From Eledone cirrhosa (lineage: Eukaryota), in the NCBI GenBank assembly GCA_964016885.1, contig OZ024743.1, positions 203,732,001-203,796,000 on the forward strand: 64,000 bases of DNA. The letters are read 5' to 3'. Shown here one piece after another: positions 27,307 through 41,900 of this stretch. How positions within the stretch are numbered: the stretch's first letter is position 1; the number at the start of each line of letters is the position of its first letter. The position numbers and the translations under genes are program-made. The notes under the pieces were generated by a model. It was not told where the DNA came from and searched no databases. It worked only from the letters and a program-made list of their open reading frames with translations.

Positions 27307-27559
27307 AGTAATAATAATGAAATTATTGTGTACAGTGCTCATTATATTTCAATTTGTTTCCGCATGTGTTTGTTTCATTATTGTCACGATACTTCCCTAC
27401 TTCAATCTTCGAATAACAGGCAACAGGAAAATTCAAATCTACTATTAAAGAAGCTTACACAGACGTTCACTAATCGATAAGATCCCAGAAACTCATTCGC
27501 TTAATGAGTTGGGTGGAGCTCATTAAATGGGATCGAGGAAACAATACTTCCATTGGTCT

Positions 27560-27722
27560 TTCCAGTTGCTAATACTATCTACCGGTCGCAGATCCAGGTA
27601 GACGGAGCAACAAGAAATAAGTGTCTTGCTCAAGGTAATAATGTATAGCCTGGTCCGGGAATGGAATTGACAACCTCGCGATTGCGAATTCAATTCTCTA
27701 ACCACTCAGCCATGCGCCTTCA
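27560..27722 (-). mobile_element. SINE family B copy
   Basis: Reverse-complement homolog of 17660-17850. Confidence 0.65.
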
Positions 27723-27737
27723 CACACACACACAAAC

Positions 27738-27782
<45 letters not shown>

Positions 27783-28159
27783 TTCTAATGAGGGTCCAAT
27801 AAGATCCTAAAATCGATTAAAGATGTTTATCATTTTTTTCAGTTTACAAACTTGGTGGTTAGGGTGTTGATATGGTGTTTGATATACGGACAGGGATGCA
27901 CGCCACTTTATTTCATGTTATTCTAATCCAATTAGTTGCGACGACAATAGTACCATGTTCTATCGGCCTTTGCCTTTTCCTCAGACAACATTGTTGATGT
28001 GGAGAGGGGAGAGTAACATGCATGAGAGATTACTGGCTTCTTTTATAACACCTTGCGCCGTGAAGCGGAACTTTCGAGACCAGCCCAATGTCAGATATGA
28101 GCGAAGAGGACTTATTTTTCATTTAAACATCTCCCACTGCATGCATTAAACGTTTCATT

Positions 28160-29082
28160 ATTTTGGCAGTTACGGTAGAGGGTCGGACCCCATGCGTTGC
28201 GGCATAGAGTTGCGTCCCTTTACGAACTGGGTTCAAATCCTGCCGAGGTTAACTTTGCCTTTCATCTTTACGGGGTCGATAAAATAAAGTACCAGTAATG
28301 TACTGAATAATTGCTGGCTTTGTGCCAAAAGTAGAAACAATTATTTTTATTTGTTGTCCTAAATTATATTTCTAGTTTTGTCATGTATATATTTATCTTT
28401 AATTAATTTTCATCACTCTCACTTCAACCATGGTTAACATTTTTTTTTTTCATTGTTTACTATTATTTATTGGCAGTACATTAGCGTCAGACAATATGCT
28501 TTCCAGCATTTGTTCTAGCTCATTACATTCTGGTTTCAAATCCTGCTGAGATCAACATTGGCGTGTATCCTTCTGGGTTAAAATATAGTATTAACCAAAG
28601 TTGCTTACGGCAGGATTTGAACTCTGAATGTAAAAGAAAAAAAAACAGACCAAATACCGTGAAGAATTTTAGCTGACGCTCTAACAATTCTACCAATCAA
28701 TCGCCAAAATAATATTTCTACTCTTGGCACAAGGCCAGCAATTACCGCCAATGCATTACTGGTGCTTTATTTTATCGACCCCGTTAAGGATGAAAGGCAA
28801 AGTTAACTTCGGCGGATTTGAACTCAGAATGTAAAGGGTCATAACTCTATGCTGCAAAGCATGGTGTCTGACGCTCTACTGATACTACCCAACCACCGGT
28901 TTATGATTTAGGCATAAAGCCAACAATTTGGATGGAGGGGAAAGTCGATTAATTTGACTCCGTAAGGATGAAAGGCACAGCTAACCTCGGCGAAATTTGA
29001 ACTCAGAATGTAAAGGGCCGTAACTATTGTATATGCCGCAAAGCATGCTCCCCTACGCTCTGCCGATACTGTCAATCCACCG
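28160..29082. mobile_element. cluster of ~5 SINE-A copies (2 on +, 3 on -)
   Basis: + copies at ~28165-28345 and 28470-28580; - copies at ~28595-28706, 28710-28898 and 28905-29082. Confidence 0.8.
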
Positions 29083-30647
29083 GGAAAGTAATAATGTCAC
29101 ACTGCAAATAGTTATAAATGACTGAGTGTAATTCTGTAGTTCTCGATGAGTTCTTTGAACGAAATAACGGCTTTTGGTGGACTCCCAGTTTGATTAAATA
29201 TATTGATAATCACTATCGAAACTTTGAGTGTCTTGTTCTATATATAGTTATTCTAATAAAGGACCTCTATGGTTTAAATAGGTTTTAAATACATATGACA
29301 AGCCATATGCCCAGACAATGGTCCAGCGATTCCATCAGGAGTTGAAATTTCAATGAAGATAGAAGATAGGATTATATTCTAAGTGGTTGCACAATTTTCT
29401 CTGAACAGGCAACCACAAGACATATATATAAGTATGTGCGTGGAAATAAGTATGTACATGTGCAATCATATAATAAGAACAATAGAACAACTGACGTTTT
29501 CATAGGTTTTTACTCCATTACTCCAATCTTGTGTTGCTTTTTTTTTTTAAGCTTCACAAGTTAAATATGTTACACGTAGCGAGAGGGGGCTGGGAAGCGT
29601 AGGAGAATATTTCAGGAAGTGTTAGAAAGTGGGAGGAGGGGGGTTAGAAGTCTGAAGGATAATTGAAATACAGAATTGCAAAATAAGTTAAGTTGAAAAA
29701 AATAAGGTTCCTAATAAAACCGAATAAACTTTTTTAAATTAAATATTGAGTTATTTTAGAGGAGCAGGAATGAATTAAATTGAAGTGGAAATGTTTGCAA
29801 TATTTACTAGACAAAAATAAGTCATTTTGCCGATATTGAGACAGACTCAAGAATGGACACAACGCAACACTTCATTAAAACTTAAGAGTCTTGTGTAAAA
29901 TACCTTACGTCCAACTCTATCTAAAAGATAGCCTTTGGCATCAAATTCAAGATTTTCCAAAATGAGGAAAATTTCAAAAGAAATTAAAATATCGGAGAAT
30001 TTCAATGATATTCCAAATATGTGGTTGCTGTGTATTCATCTTGCAGCTGGGATGATTTTTTTTTTTTAATCGAATTTATTTTTTTGGTGGTATTTTGAAT
30101 TCAACAAACTGACAGGAGATTTTCAAATTAAATATTTCTCAGATATATAGGAAATACGATCCAGATTTTCCAGTGTGTGGTTCAACAAATTTTACCACTG
30201 TCCATAATATTTTACAATATATTATGCCCTCATTTTTTGTCGCCAAACGTATTGTGAGAGATGCAATGTTTCTTCTCTCGTGATGCCCAAGTGAATAGGT
30301 GGGCTGTGCATATCTGCACCTAAATATTAATTAATGATTTTAAATCCGTGGACGGATTTTAAAATTATTTTTGAGTATTAAAAATGTTTCAATAAAACAT
30401 AAAATATTATGCCCAATTGTATATTCCAATGAAATATACGTTTACATTTTTATTTTTATTGTATTTTTATTGTATTTTTATTTAGTATACAATGATTAAA
30501 TGCGCGATTTGTATAAACATAGTGAAATACCATATCATTTAAGATGACTTTTTGCAAGAAACCCAAGTATGTTTTTATTTATATGAAGCTTTTAGTTTCT
30601 AGACACCAAAAAATGTCTAGTGACTCTGTCTCAATTGAAGAATAAAC

Positions 30648-31125
30648 GGTTACAATCTAATAATGGTTTCTTATATAGGCACAAGGCCAGCAATTTGGAG
30701 GCAGGGGTAGTCGATTAAATCTACCCCAGTACGTTACTGGTACTTTCTTTTATAGACCCCGTAAGGATGAAAGGCAAAGTTAATCTCGGCGGGATTTGAT
30801 CTCTGATCATAAAGGGCCGTAACTCTATGCTGCAAAACATGGCGTCCGACTCTCTACCGATACTGTCAATCCACCGCACGGTTATATCTAATAATGGTTT
30901 CTTATATAGGCACAAGGCCAGCAATTTTGGGGCAGGGGAAAGTCGATTAAATCGACCCCTGTACGTTACTGGTACTTTATTTTAACGACCCCGTAAGGAT
31001 GAAAGGCAAAGTTAACCTCGGTGGGATTTGAACTCAGACTGTAAAGGGACGTAAGCTATGCTAGAAAACATGGCGTCCAACCCTCTACCGATACTGCCAA
31101 TTCACCGCCATTTACAATCTAATAA
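30648..31125 (-). mobile_element. two stacked SINE-A copies with a triplicated target site
   Basis: TTA(CA/T)ATCTAATAAT at ~30650, 30882 and 31112 flanks two full-length copies. Confidence 0.9.
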
Positions 31126-31834
31126 TAATAACAGAATTGGAGCACTCTATATGATAAATAATATTAAGAAAAACAGATTCCTTACTAGAAATCATACATC
31201 TACACGCAGTTCCATAAATAGCCCTACAAAAAAACAATTCAAATTCTATGCAATGCACATTCAAGTCAATAGCTCAAATCACAGTATAGTCTCTACAAAA
31301 TACATCCACGCAACATTTCACTCAATAAAAACTCTTACATAGCTCACATTCTACACAATTCTAGAGCCCAAAAGACAATACTGCACACACATCAAGTACA
31401 GTGAAGTAAAAGCCTGTTGTGATAAAAAAAAAACGTACGAAACTATTTAAAAAATTATGGTACTAATAAGACTACCACCAAATGCAACGCCAAAAGTGAA
31501 AGAAAAATCTAAATTGAAATCATATAAGGATCCCAGCAACTACAACTGATTCTTATTTGTGTTTTGTATGGCATCATTAAACAAAATGAATTGCTTACAT
31601 ATCATACAACGCAACGGAAGAGAAAATATATATAAACAAAAACAACGTGAAATAACATTAACACTAAAAATAGAGTAAATATATTCATTCATAACAGAAT
31701 TACTGCCAACTTGAGTAGCATATATGTTTCGTTTTATAGTATCCACTTAAGTAACCTCTATTCGAAAGTATCGCCTTCTTCAGAAGAAATCTCTTCCCAA
31801 AACGTTAACAACTAAAAGAATATATCTGTTTTTT

Positions 31835-32050
31835 AATGATTTCGTGCTTAGGAATACGTCTATCAATCTATGGGGAGGGGAAATCGATTATATCAAAAAC
31901 AGTACGTGAGAGGTACTTATTTTATCGACCCTGGAAATATGAAATGCAAAGTTGACCTCGGCAAGATTTGAACTCAAAACATAAAGGGCCGTAACTAAAT
32001 GCTGCAAAGCATTTTCTTCGGTGTTCTAACGATTCTGCCAATCCACCACC
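31835..32050 (-). mobile_element. SINE-A (older, diverged copy)
   Basis: Core TTATCGACCC...GAAATGCAAAGTTGACCTCGGC, with B- and A-box complements. Confidence 0.75.
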
Positions 32051-33009
32051 ATTACTTGCTTCATAATGCTATCAAAATAAAAACAAAATTAAAAGTGTAG
32101 ATGGAACAAATAAACAGTTTGCTAAAGTCTCACGTTCTGTTCTACTACTCTACAATACGGTTCGCTGCACACATGATTACTATTAAAAGTGTGGAGGAAA
32201 AATACAAAGTAAAACGATATATAAATGCGAACACACTTGCGATCGTGCAGTGGTTTATAATAAACATTAAGTCTCTGAAGATTAAAATAGAACATTTTAA
32301 AGAAAGTATATAAAATAAAACAAAACGATTACACATAAAACTAGAAACAAATGAAAGCATCATAGCAGAACCAATAGAAAATACATGAGGAAATGCAACA
32401 GAAAGAAAACAATATATCTGAAATATCGTCATATACAAAAGAGAAGCAACTAAAATAATTCAGGGCCCAACACATAAGAAATAAACAAGGCATTTCAGAT
32501 AAAGAAGAACTGTGAAAAATATATATCAAAATCTATAACAATGAAGATAATAAAAACCATGTAAATATTCAACCAAACATTCAACCAAACATTCAACCAC
32601 AACAAAAATTTATCCTAAGTTAATACCGTGGAGAACTTAACAGGAACAATTAAGAAATTAGAAGAGAGCAGAAGAAAATTGACAAACACTAACGAATAAA
32701 ACACCAGTCGAAGACTCACACGAACCAACATTTCCACGAATAATATATATATCTAACAATGGTCTTTAAAAACATTTGTTCACTGAAATAAACTACCCGA
32801 ATATGAATAACTGAGTGCGCTAATCTATCTATTTAATTGCTGTGCTAATATCAAGGTAAACGGGAATTGATATTCAGATCAAGTTTTGAAATATAAAAAG
32901 AAAACGAAGTTATATTGCATAAACTTGAAAAAAAAGGCAAATAAAACTTATCTTCATTTAGCAAATGAGGGACCCAATCTAAAAAGAAAGAAAATAATAA
33001 ATTTAGAGG

Positions 33010-33200
33010 TATAATTGTTTCCACTTTTGGCGCAAGGCCGGCAATTATCCCAGTGTATTACTGATACTTTATTTTATTGTCACCGTAAGGATGAAAGGCA
33101 AAGTTAACTTCGGCAGGATTTGAACTCAGACCATAAAGGGCCGTAACTCTTTGCTGCAAAGCATGTCTTGAGACACTTTACCGTTACTGCCAATCCCTCA
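33010..33200 (-). mobile_element. SINE-A
   Basis: Full head-core-tail similarity to other copies. Confidence 0.85.
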
Positions 33201-33679
33201 CCCAATACCAATAAAACCTTTTCATCCTTGAAGCAAAGGGGGTTGAACAACTGTCAAAGTAGAAATATCTTTAAATTATATGTAGGATGTTAGGTGTAAA
33301 AGTGAGAACGGTGCGGATAACAATAACACATGTTATCATAAAAATATACATTAAAAAAATATATAATCCACATTTTACTTTTTTGTGTGGACGGTCGGGA
33401 GAGGGCAACCACTTACCATTTTACGACAATCGTACAACTTACACAATAAACACTCTCCGTCCAAACACACACGGTATACTATATACAATCATTACCTAAC
33501 AAATCATACAACACAATCTTCACAGAAACGCCATCGATTAATATAATACAATATATATTCTACAAAACACCTTACAATCTAAACTATAATAAAGGAAGGT
33601 CTGCGGGACTGCGTACGGTTTTTTTTTTTTTTTATCTCGTTAGTAAAATAAGTTGGATTATTTTGAATAAATATTTTTT

Positions 33680-33850
33680 TTTATATTTTAGGCACAAGGC
33701 CAGCAATTACCCAGTACATTACTGGTACTTTATTTTATCGACCCCGTAAGGATGAAAGGCAAAGTTAACCTCGGCCCGATTTGAACTCAGATCGTAAAGA
33801 GGCGTAACTATGCTGGAAAGCATGTCCGACCCTCTACCGATACTGCCAAA
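33680..33850 (-). mobile_element. SINE-A
   Basis: Full head-core-tail similarity to other copies. Confidence 0.85.
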
Positions 33851-34127
33851 TGAATATTACATAATGTATCTACTAAATTTCGTAAACAAAAATAATTTCG
33901 CAAAAATAAATAATTTAAAATTGACTTCTTTTCAAAGTTGCACTTCATGGATTACGTTACTGATTACATAAAACAGTGTAACACAGTCTTCGTTCAATTT
34001 CTGTGTATATTGTCAATTACAATTTTATTTGATGTATCATATCTACATGTATATATACTTGCGTATAATATCAATATAGACACTACACATGCTACCAGAA
34101 AACCACTCGAAGGGTGGTTTTTCTGCT

Positions 34128-34225
34128 AGTAATAATAATAATTGTTGCTACTTTTGGCACAAGGCTAATAACTACCCCAGTACGTTACTGGTGCTTTATT
34201 TTATTGACCCCGTAAGTTAACCTCA

Positions 34226-34273
<48 letters not shown>

Positions 34274-34444
34274 TGTTTCTAATTTTGGCACAAGGCCAGC
34301 AATTACCCAGTACATTACTGGTACTTTATTGTATCGACCCCGTAAGGATGAAAGGCAAAGTTAACCTCGGCGGGATTTGAACTCAGACCGTAAAATGCTG
34401 GAAAGCATGGCGTCCGACTCTCTACTGATACTGCCAATCCACCA
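34128..34444 (-). mobile_element. two SINE-A copies separated by (AAT)n at the foot of the LINE array
   Basis: Truncated copy at ~34141-34226 and near-full copy at 34272-34444, each ending in (ATT)n on the - strand. Confidence 0.85.
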
Positions 34445-34464
34445 ATAATAATAATAATAATAAT

Positions 34465-37400
34465 ACTTTCTTTATTAACCACAAGGGTTTACATAAAGTA
34501 GACATTAAGGACAGTACAGGACAATACAGGACGGTACAAATGGCATTTCTGCGTGTAAAAAACAAAAACAGAGGATGTAACAAAAAAAATAACATTGGAT
34601 TTCTGGAAGTTGTCCATAGGCCCCGGCCCGAAAGTTCTTCCGAAGAGACTGGCTAGTTGATTTTCGTCGACGCCTAGAGTTTCCCCAAGTACGTCGTCGC
34701 TCTTCCCCTCCACTAATCCTCTATAGAACGCCAAGGTGGCGTTTCCACCGATCACATTGCCCGATTGGTCGAGGGCTGTGAGCGCCTGAAGACATTCCAG
34801 TCTCCAAGCGCTCACTTTCGGTCTTCGCTTGACCCAGGACTGCAGCTCCGTCAAGGAGACGAGCTGGGGAAAGACGCGTCTAGCAAACGGCGACCATACC
34901 TGATCACCGTAGAGGAAGAGGTGGAGATGTCGTAGCCTGAGCGCGTGTCTGCGCATCATCAGCCACGGCATGCCCAGCGATCCACGTAGCAGGTGTTGAC
35001 AGCAGATGGACCGCCTGACCATCGGAGCGCGTCCCTTCGACAAAAAGCGAAAGATCAAACGCTCCAGCGCAGTCAGGCGGGACTTAGGACAAGGTACAAC
35101 GGTCAGGTGGTAGTAGATGACGGACGCGAAGTACGCGTTAGCCACCTCCGCTCGACCTTTCAGGGATAGCTCCCTCTCCTGGGTGAGAGAAGCCACCCTG
35201 CTCGTCACCTCGTCCCAGTTTTTGTCCGTCTGGAGGTCCGGACCGAACCAGACCCCTGGCAATTTAACCAGTCCGTCCGTCCATCGCCCGACGACGCTGT
35301 TGGACGGCATGGACCTACCTCTCCAGGTGCCGAGCTGCAGGCCCACTGACTTTTCCTGGTTGATCATTGCTCCTGTCACCGCTTCGTATTCTCTTAGTAT
35401 AGTGCCGATCGCCTAGATGTGTTTGGCGTTCGACACCACTACGGTGACATCATCCGCATATGCTGACATGGATCTTCCGCATCCTAGTTCGCGCGGGACC
35501 CCCCTCAACGACTCCAGTTTGTGCAGTAATGGCTCGAGAGTCAATACTTACCAGAGGGACGAGAGGGGACATCCTTGAGCGCATGATGTTGAACGGTTCC
35601 TAAATGTGACCATTCACTCTCACCACAGAGCAGATGTCGCTGTGTATGGCAGCGATCCAGCCTCTGAAGACGTGCCTAAAGCCAGCCGCCCTCAGGACTG
35701 CCGATAGGTAACGATGGTCGACCCTATCGAAAGCTTTCGACTGATCTAAATGGATCAAGGACCCACCTGTGCCAGGTTCCCTAGCTACCCTCTCTACGAT
35801 GTATCGCATGAGGTGGAGGTTGTCGTGGATGGATCTGTCGGGAATGGCGCATGTCTGCGCCTCTCCCACCAGATCACCAACGAAAAGCGCCAACCTCTTT
35901 GCTAGCACCTTGGCCAAAATCTTGAACTCTGTGTTTAGCAGAGTTATGGGTCTGAAATTATCTATGTTATCCCCCTTGTTCGGATCCTTTCTCAGCAGTG
36001 CCACCGCCCTTCGGGTCACAGAGCTGGGAATTCTCCCGTTCTGTTGCCAGTTGCAGTAGACGTCCGCCAAGAGGCCTCCGAACAAGTCTGGTATCTGTAC
36101 GTAAAGTTCATAGGAGAGACCGTCCAAACCAGGCGATTTACCCCTTGTGCAGCAAGTCATTGCCTCCCGTACTTCAGCGGCTGCTATCGGCTTTTCGCAA
36201 CGCTCCGCCTCAGTGGCCGAGAGCCGCGGCAGTCCGTCGAGGTGGACACTAAAGTCCATCCCTCGACCCGGCCCGCCGATGCCCCCGAACAGCTGAGCGA
36301 AGTGTCGCTGAAAAGCTTCACACATTTTCCCGGGATCGTGTACATGCGCCCGTCGTGGTCCATCAAAGACCTGATCGTGACTTTGTTGCCACGACACGCC
36401 TCCGCCACTCGGGCCCATTGAACGGCTCTTGCACCTTCCTCCCCTATCCGCTAATCCCATACAGTCCCAGCGTGCATCTAAGATCCCGTTCCAGTCGCCC
36501 ACTCCACTAAATTGCGGGACGTTCCAAGAAAGGTCTCCAGATGCCGGAAGAAATCAGGGCGCCCTGCTCCTGTCGGGGCATAGACGGCCTCTAGCCTGAA
36601 AGTTTGCCCGTCTCCACTGGTCACGTCTAGCACCACCAACTTACCTTCTGGGTCCAGGAAGATGGCCCGTATGGCGAGATCCAAACCTCTCCGAAAAAGC
36701 ACGGCAACTCCTCCTCCCGATCCAGGACGCTGGGAGATGCGTACACATCGTAGCCGTCGAAGATAGGTGCGAAGGCCCGTGCTTCGGAGATTCTGGTCTC
36801 GCTGATGGCCACTACATCTATGTTTAGTGACCTGAGGTCGTTGAGCAGGTGGCCCTGCTTCCATGACGACTCCAAGCCACGCACTTGTATGCTGCCTATT
36901 CTGAGTGAGGTCATGTTGAAATGCAGTGGAAAAAATGGGAAAGACCACTTACCTTACTTCTCGTAGAGGAAGGATGGTTTCTCCATCCTTCTCACTGCTT
37001 GTTTCCTCCTCCGGAAGGATATCCTTATAAATCCTCCTGGAGAGTACTTGTCAGAAGTCTCCGATGTCTTTGGGGAATTTTTGTTTTAGTGTCGTGCACG
37101 TTTTCTGTGTGATGCGAGTGATTTGTATGTGATGCGAGTGATTTGTTTGTATGATGGTGTTGGTGTTTGTGGTGGTGGGGTTGGTGATGCTCGTGTGGAT
37201 GGTGGCATAGCTGTCCTAACTTTTTTGTTTGATAGTTTATTTGTTTCCCTCTGTATTTTGTTTTTGGAGGGGGAAGGAAGGGGATTTTTTTCTTTTTTGG
37301 TTTCTTTTTCTTTTTTTCATTTTTCCTGATACCGTTTCCCACTCCTCGTCGTCACAATCTATCTCCAGTTGCGATAGGTCGGGGAGTGGAAAAAACTCCA

Positions 37401-38888
37401 CAGGCGTTGGTTTTCGTTGTGGCGTAGTGGATGGTGTAGGCGCTGGTGCTAGTTCTGGCGCGTTGGGTGGTGGTGGTGTTGGTGTTGCTACTGTAGCTGG
37501 GGTTGTTGCTGTTACAGTTGTTTCTGTTTTTGCTGCTACAGTTGTTGCTGCCATTTCTGCTGCTGGTGGTGTTGCTGGTTGAGTCACTAGCGTGGGTAAG
37601 AGAGATGGCCTCAACCTTTTAGCCTGAGGGCAGAAAGCCCTTAGGTGGGTTCCTTCACCACAAACGACAGACCTAGGCCTTCTGTCCTCGACGATTACGG
37701 TAGGGTGGCTTCCGTCAGTGAGGTCTATTACCTCTGGGATCTCCTCAATGCTTTTTTGGTCCGCTTGGATCAGGAGCTCCATCCGAGATCCGGACCAGTT
37801 CTCCTGCTTTTCTTTCGCTATTTCGATTATCTTGGTGTTGGCCTCGATGCCGGCGAGGACGGCAGCCATTAGCCAGGGAATTTCGATGGCCGGTGGAACG
37901 TGGGTCACCCTGATCTTCACGAGTCTCTGGCCACCATAGCTTGGGACGAGTGTGAAGTCGTCACTTCTTAATGGGGCCACGGAGTGTTCTCTGGCCTCCT
38001 GTGGTGTTCCAAAGAACACGTCCACGGTTCCATATATCTGCCCAAGTCTGATGTGGGGTTTTTGCCCACACATTTCCCAAAGCATTTTGGATTTGGGACT
38101 CGGATGCCCGTTCCACTCGGCGCAATTTTATGTGAATCGTTCAATAAGACACGGTGCATAGGCGCCGATGCTCCATTTTATTAAGTGGGGGGGGCTGACC
38201 CTGTACCCATCTTTCTTTACCATTCTCTTGGCTTCATCTAATTCCTCCTGAGTTACTTGGATTGCTTCGCACTTTTTTGCTACTCTGGCAAAAGACAGGG
38301 TGGTTTTCTTATTCTCATTGTTGTTGTTGTTGTTATCGTTATTTTTGTTATTGTTATTTTTAGTTTCAGTTGTGGTGGTGGTGGCGTCAGTGGTGTTCCG
38401 TGTGGAAGAGTCCATTCTGGGTGAATCCATTTCGATGTCACGAGATAATTTATTTTTTTCTTTTGTTTCTGTTGTCGCTGTGGTGGATGGTGGTGGTAGC
38501 GGCTTCAACACCTGCAGTCATTGGTAATGGCGGGAAATGAATGTCTGCATGAGACAAATTTAAATTGTTGCTACTGCTTATATTTTTAGTGTTGGCAAAC
38601 GTAGTAATATTTACAATGGTGGTGTCGGTGTGAGGTGTTAGTTTGTGAGGAAGTTGTGACTCTGAGTCATCCAAGATATTTTTTCAAAGAAATTTTTTGT
38701 TTGATAATTATAAAAGTTTAAATTTTGGGCTCAAGGCCCCAATCTTTTTGAGTGTTCTTTTCCGAAAGCAAATTTTGTGACCTTATAAATAGTTCAACAA
38801 AAATTTTCCATACATGGCAATTTTAAACAAACGAAAACAACAAATCTTTGCGGAGCTCAAGATAATACGATTTCCTACGTAGGTCGCC
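34465..38888 (-). mobile_element. Tx1-like LINE copy 1 (family-A ORF2, divergent ORF1; internal deletions)
   Basis: ORF1 remnants at 36949-38674. ORF2 from 36914 with APE (GDWN) and RT (FRPITLLN, LDQSKAFDRV). Two deletions of ~0.6 kb. Bounded by (ATT)n. Confidence 0.9.
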
Positions 38889-38906
38889 AATAATAATAAT
38901 AATAAT

Positions 38907-41900
38907 GATTTCATTTATTCGCCACAAGGGCCGACATATAGGGGACAATACAAAAGAATGGGACAGTTGGGTTTTACAAAAAAATCGAGTAAACAATATG
39001 AATAACAATAACAAAGTAACAATAAATTTACAACAACAAAAAATTCCCCAATAGGGGGGATGACCACCCAGGGTTCGCTCAGGTACACCACCAATCCTGA
39101 ACGACCCGACGCTTCGAGAGCACCCTCGAAGGGCACCCCTCTCCGCCTCAAATTTACCTACCTACATGACCAGATTAGGCCCACTCACACATTCACCCAC
39201 CTTTCAGCAAATGTACTGGGGAGAAGCACTTCTCTCTCCACCCTCATCTTCCCTTCCAGGTGAAACTTGAAAAAGTTGATGAGGGATTGGCCGAAGAGAA
39301 AAGTGTCTGTCTTCAGCCCTTTCAACCTCGTCCACCATACAACCTCTTTCGCTACTGCCACCAGACAGAGGAAAATTGCTGCCCTTCCTAGCCAAAAGAA
39401 GGCGGCGGTTCGATCTTCACTATGTACACGGCCGGTAGCCGGATCCGTTCTACACGCGACAACAGCTGTTCAAAATAACTCCACAAGTCAGTAATGCACG
39501 GACATTGGACGAGTGCGTGCAAAACAGTTTCGTCGCTCTGCGCGCATCTCGGGGAGGTCCGTCTGACAGCACTTCCGTGCCTGTAGAGTTTATCTCGAAC
39601 CGGCATGACCCCCGGTAGCACTGCCAAGCGAGGGATTTTTGGAAATTATCCATCGTTCCCGGCTCGAAAGTCCTTCGGTACAGACTTGTTGGTTCGACTT
39701 CGTTGACTCCCAGAGCCTCTCCGTGTGCGTCGTCGCATTGCCCACCACTAATCCTCTATAGAACTCGAGAGTGGAAGTTCCACTGACCGCATTGCCCGCC
39801 TGGTAGAGGGCAGTGAGTGCCGGGCTACATTCCAGATGCCAGTCACCCAGTCTCGGTCTCTTCTTGACCCAGGACTGCAACTCAGTCAAAGAAACGAGCT
39901 GCGGAAAGGCCCGTCTGACAAACGGCGACAACACCTGTTCACCGTTTAGGCAGAATATCTGGAGATGCCGCAGCCTCAGCACGTGCCTGCGCATCATTAG
40001 TCACGGCATGCCCAGCCCTCCACGTAGAGGGTGCTGTCAGCAGATGGACCGCCTCACCAGCGGAACTTGTCCCCTCCACAAGAATTTGAAGAGGAGCCGC
40101 TCCAAGATGGCGAGGCGCGAATGGGGGCAAGGGACGACAGTCAGACGGTAGTAGATGACGGACGCGATGTACGCGTTCGCCACCTCCGCCCCACCTTTCA
40201 GTGATAGCTTCATCCCAGCCCATTTCTGGGTGAGACTGACTACCCTGCCCGTCACCTCGTCCCAATTGTTATCCATCTGGAGGTCTGGCCCGAACCAAAC
40301 CCCTAGCAACTTTACCGGTCCGTCCGTCCAGCGCCTAACGACGCTGTTGGACGGCATGGACTTGTGTCACCAGATGCCGAGTTGCAAGCCACCCACTTTT
40401 CCGGGTTAAGGTTTGCTCCCGTCAACCTTTCATATTCCTCCAATAAGTTGCCGACCACCTCGATTTCTAAGGTGTCCGACACCATCACGGTGATGTCACC
40501 CGCATAAGCCGACACAGCCTTTCCGCATCCCGGTTCGAGCGGGATGCCCTGCAACAGCTCCAGCTTCCGCAGTAAAGCCTCGAGAGTCAATAAGTACAGA
40601 AGGGAGGAGAGAGGGTACCCTTGACAGACCGATCGGGAGACCTGAAACGGTTGCGAGAGGTGGCCATTAATTTTGACCATCGAGCAGGTGCCGCTGTGCA
40701 TTGCAGCGATCCAGCTTCTGAAGACGGGGCCGAAGCCAGCCGCCTTGAGGACAGCCTCTAGGTATCGATCGTCGACCCTATCGAATGCTTTCGATTGATC
40801 TAAATTTATCAGAGACCCACCGAAGCCAGGTTTACACCATACCCTCTCTATGGTGTATCGCATTAGGTGGAGGTTGTCGTGTATGGACCTGGTTGGGATT
40901 GCGCAAGTTTGCGACGCCCCAACCAAATCCCCAGCAACAAGCGCCAACCTCTTCGCTAACACCCTGGCCAAAATCTTAAACTTTGTCTTGAGCAGAGTTA
41001 GGGGCCTGAAATTGTCTAATGTGTCCCTCTTGTTCTCGTCTTTCCTTATCAGAGTCACTACGCCCCGGCTCACAGAACTGGGAATACCCCCGTTTTGCTG
41101 CCAGTTGCAGTAGAGGGCTTTGAGGAGATTGAAGAACAAGTCTGGCATATTTACGTAAAGCTGTAGGGCAGACCATCCAAACCGGGTGACTTGCGCCTCA
41201 TCTAGCCGACAAGGGCGCCCTGAATCTCGGCTGATGTAATTGGCCTTTCGCAGCGGACAGCGTCAGCCGTCGAGAGTTGCGGCAAGCCATCGAGGTAGGG
41301 ACTGAAATCCGCCACCATCTCTGACCCGCCACTTCCCCCGAACTACCGAGCAAAATGTTGGCGAAAGGCAAAATGATGGAATCGCTCAGCTCGTGCCCGT
41401 CTCGGTCCGTCAAAGACCGAATCGTGGTTTATTACCACGCTGCGCCACTGCCACGCGAACTCATCGAACAGCTTTGGTTCCCTCGTTTCTCAGAGCACGC
41501 GCCTTAGCTCTGACAATGCAACCTTCGTGTTTCGCATTGAAGAAATGGTCTAATGCCATTCTCGCCGCTAGCACATCAGTTGCAATGCCACTACCAATAG
41601 CCTCGTCTAACTTATCTACCAACTCCCCCTTCTTTCTATTTTTCTCTAATACTACTTCTTTGCTAAACTCTATCGACATTACTCTAATCTCTCTTTTGAG
41701 AGCCCCCCACCATCTATTGTTGACGACTCCCCATGTCAACTTTTTCTTAACTAAATTGTTGACCTGGTCCCTGTAAGCCTTACGTGCTGGAAATGACATG
41801 TTTAGCTTCCAGTAACCACGTCTAAACCTACGCGTCTTATTTAGGTCGAACATACAGATCACAAATTTGTCATCTGAGTAGGTGACCGTTTCAAAACGTG

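Noticed and set aside
29280-31830. Short exon-like unique stretches on the minus strand (29.3, 29.9, 31.8 kb)
   Set aside because: Stops in candidate frames and no homology recognised; RNA-seq would be needed.
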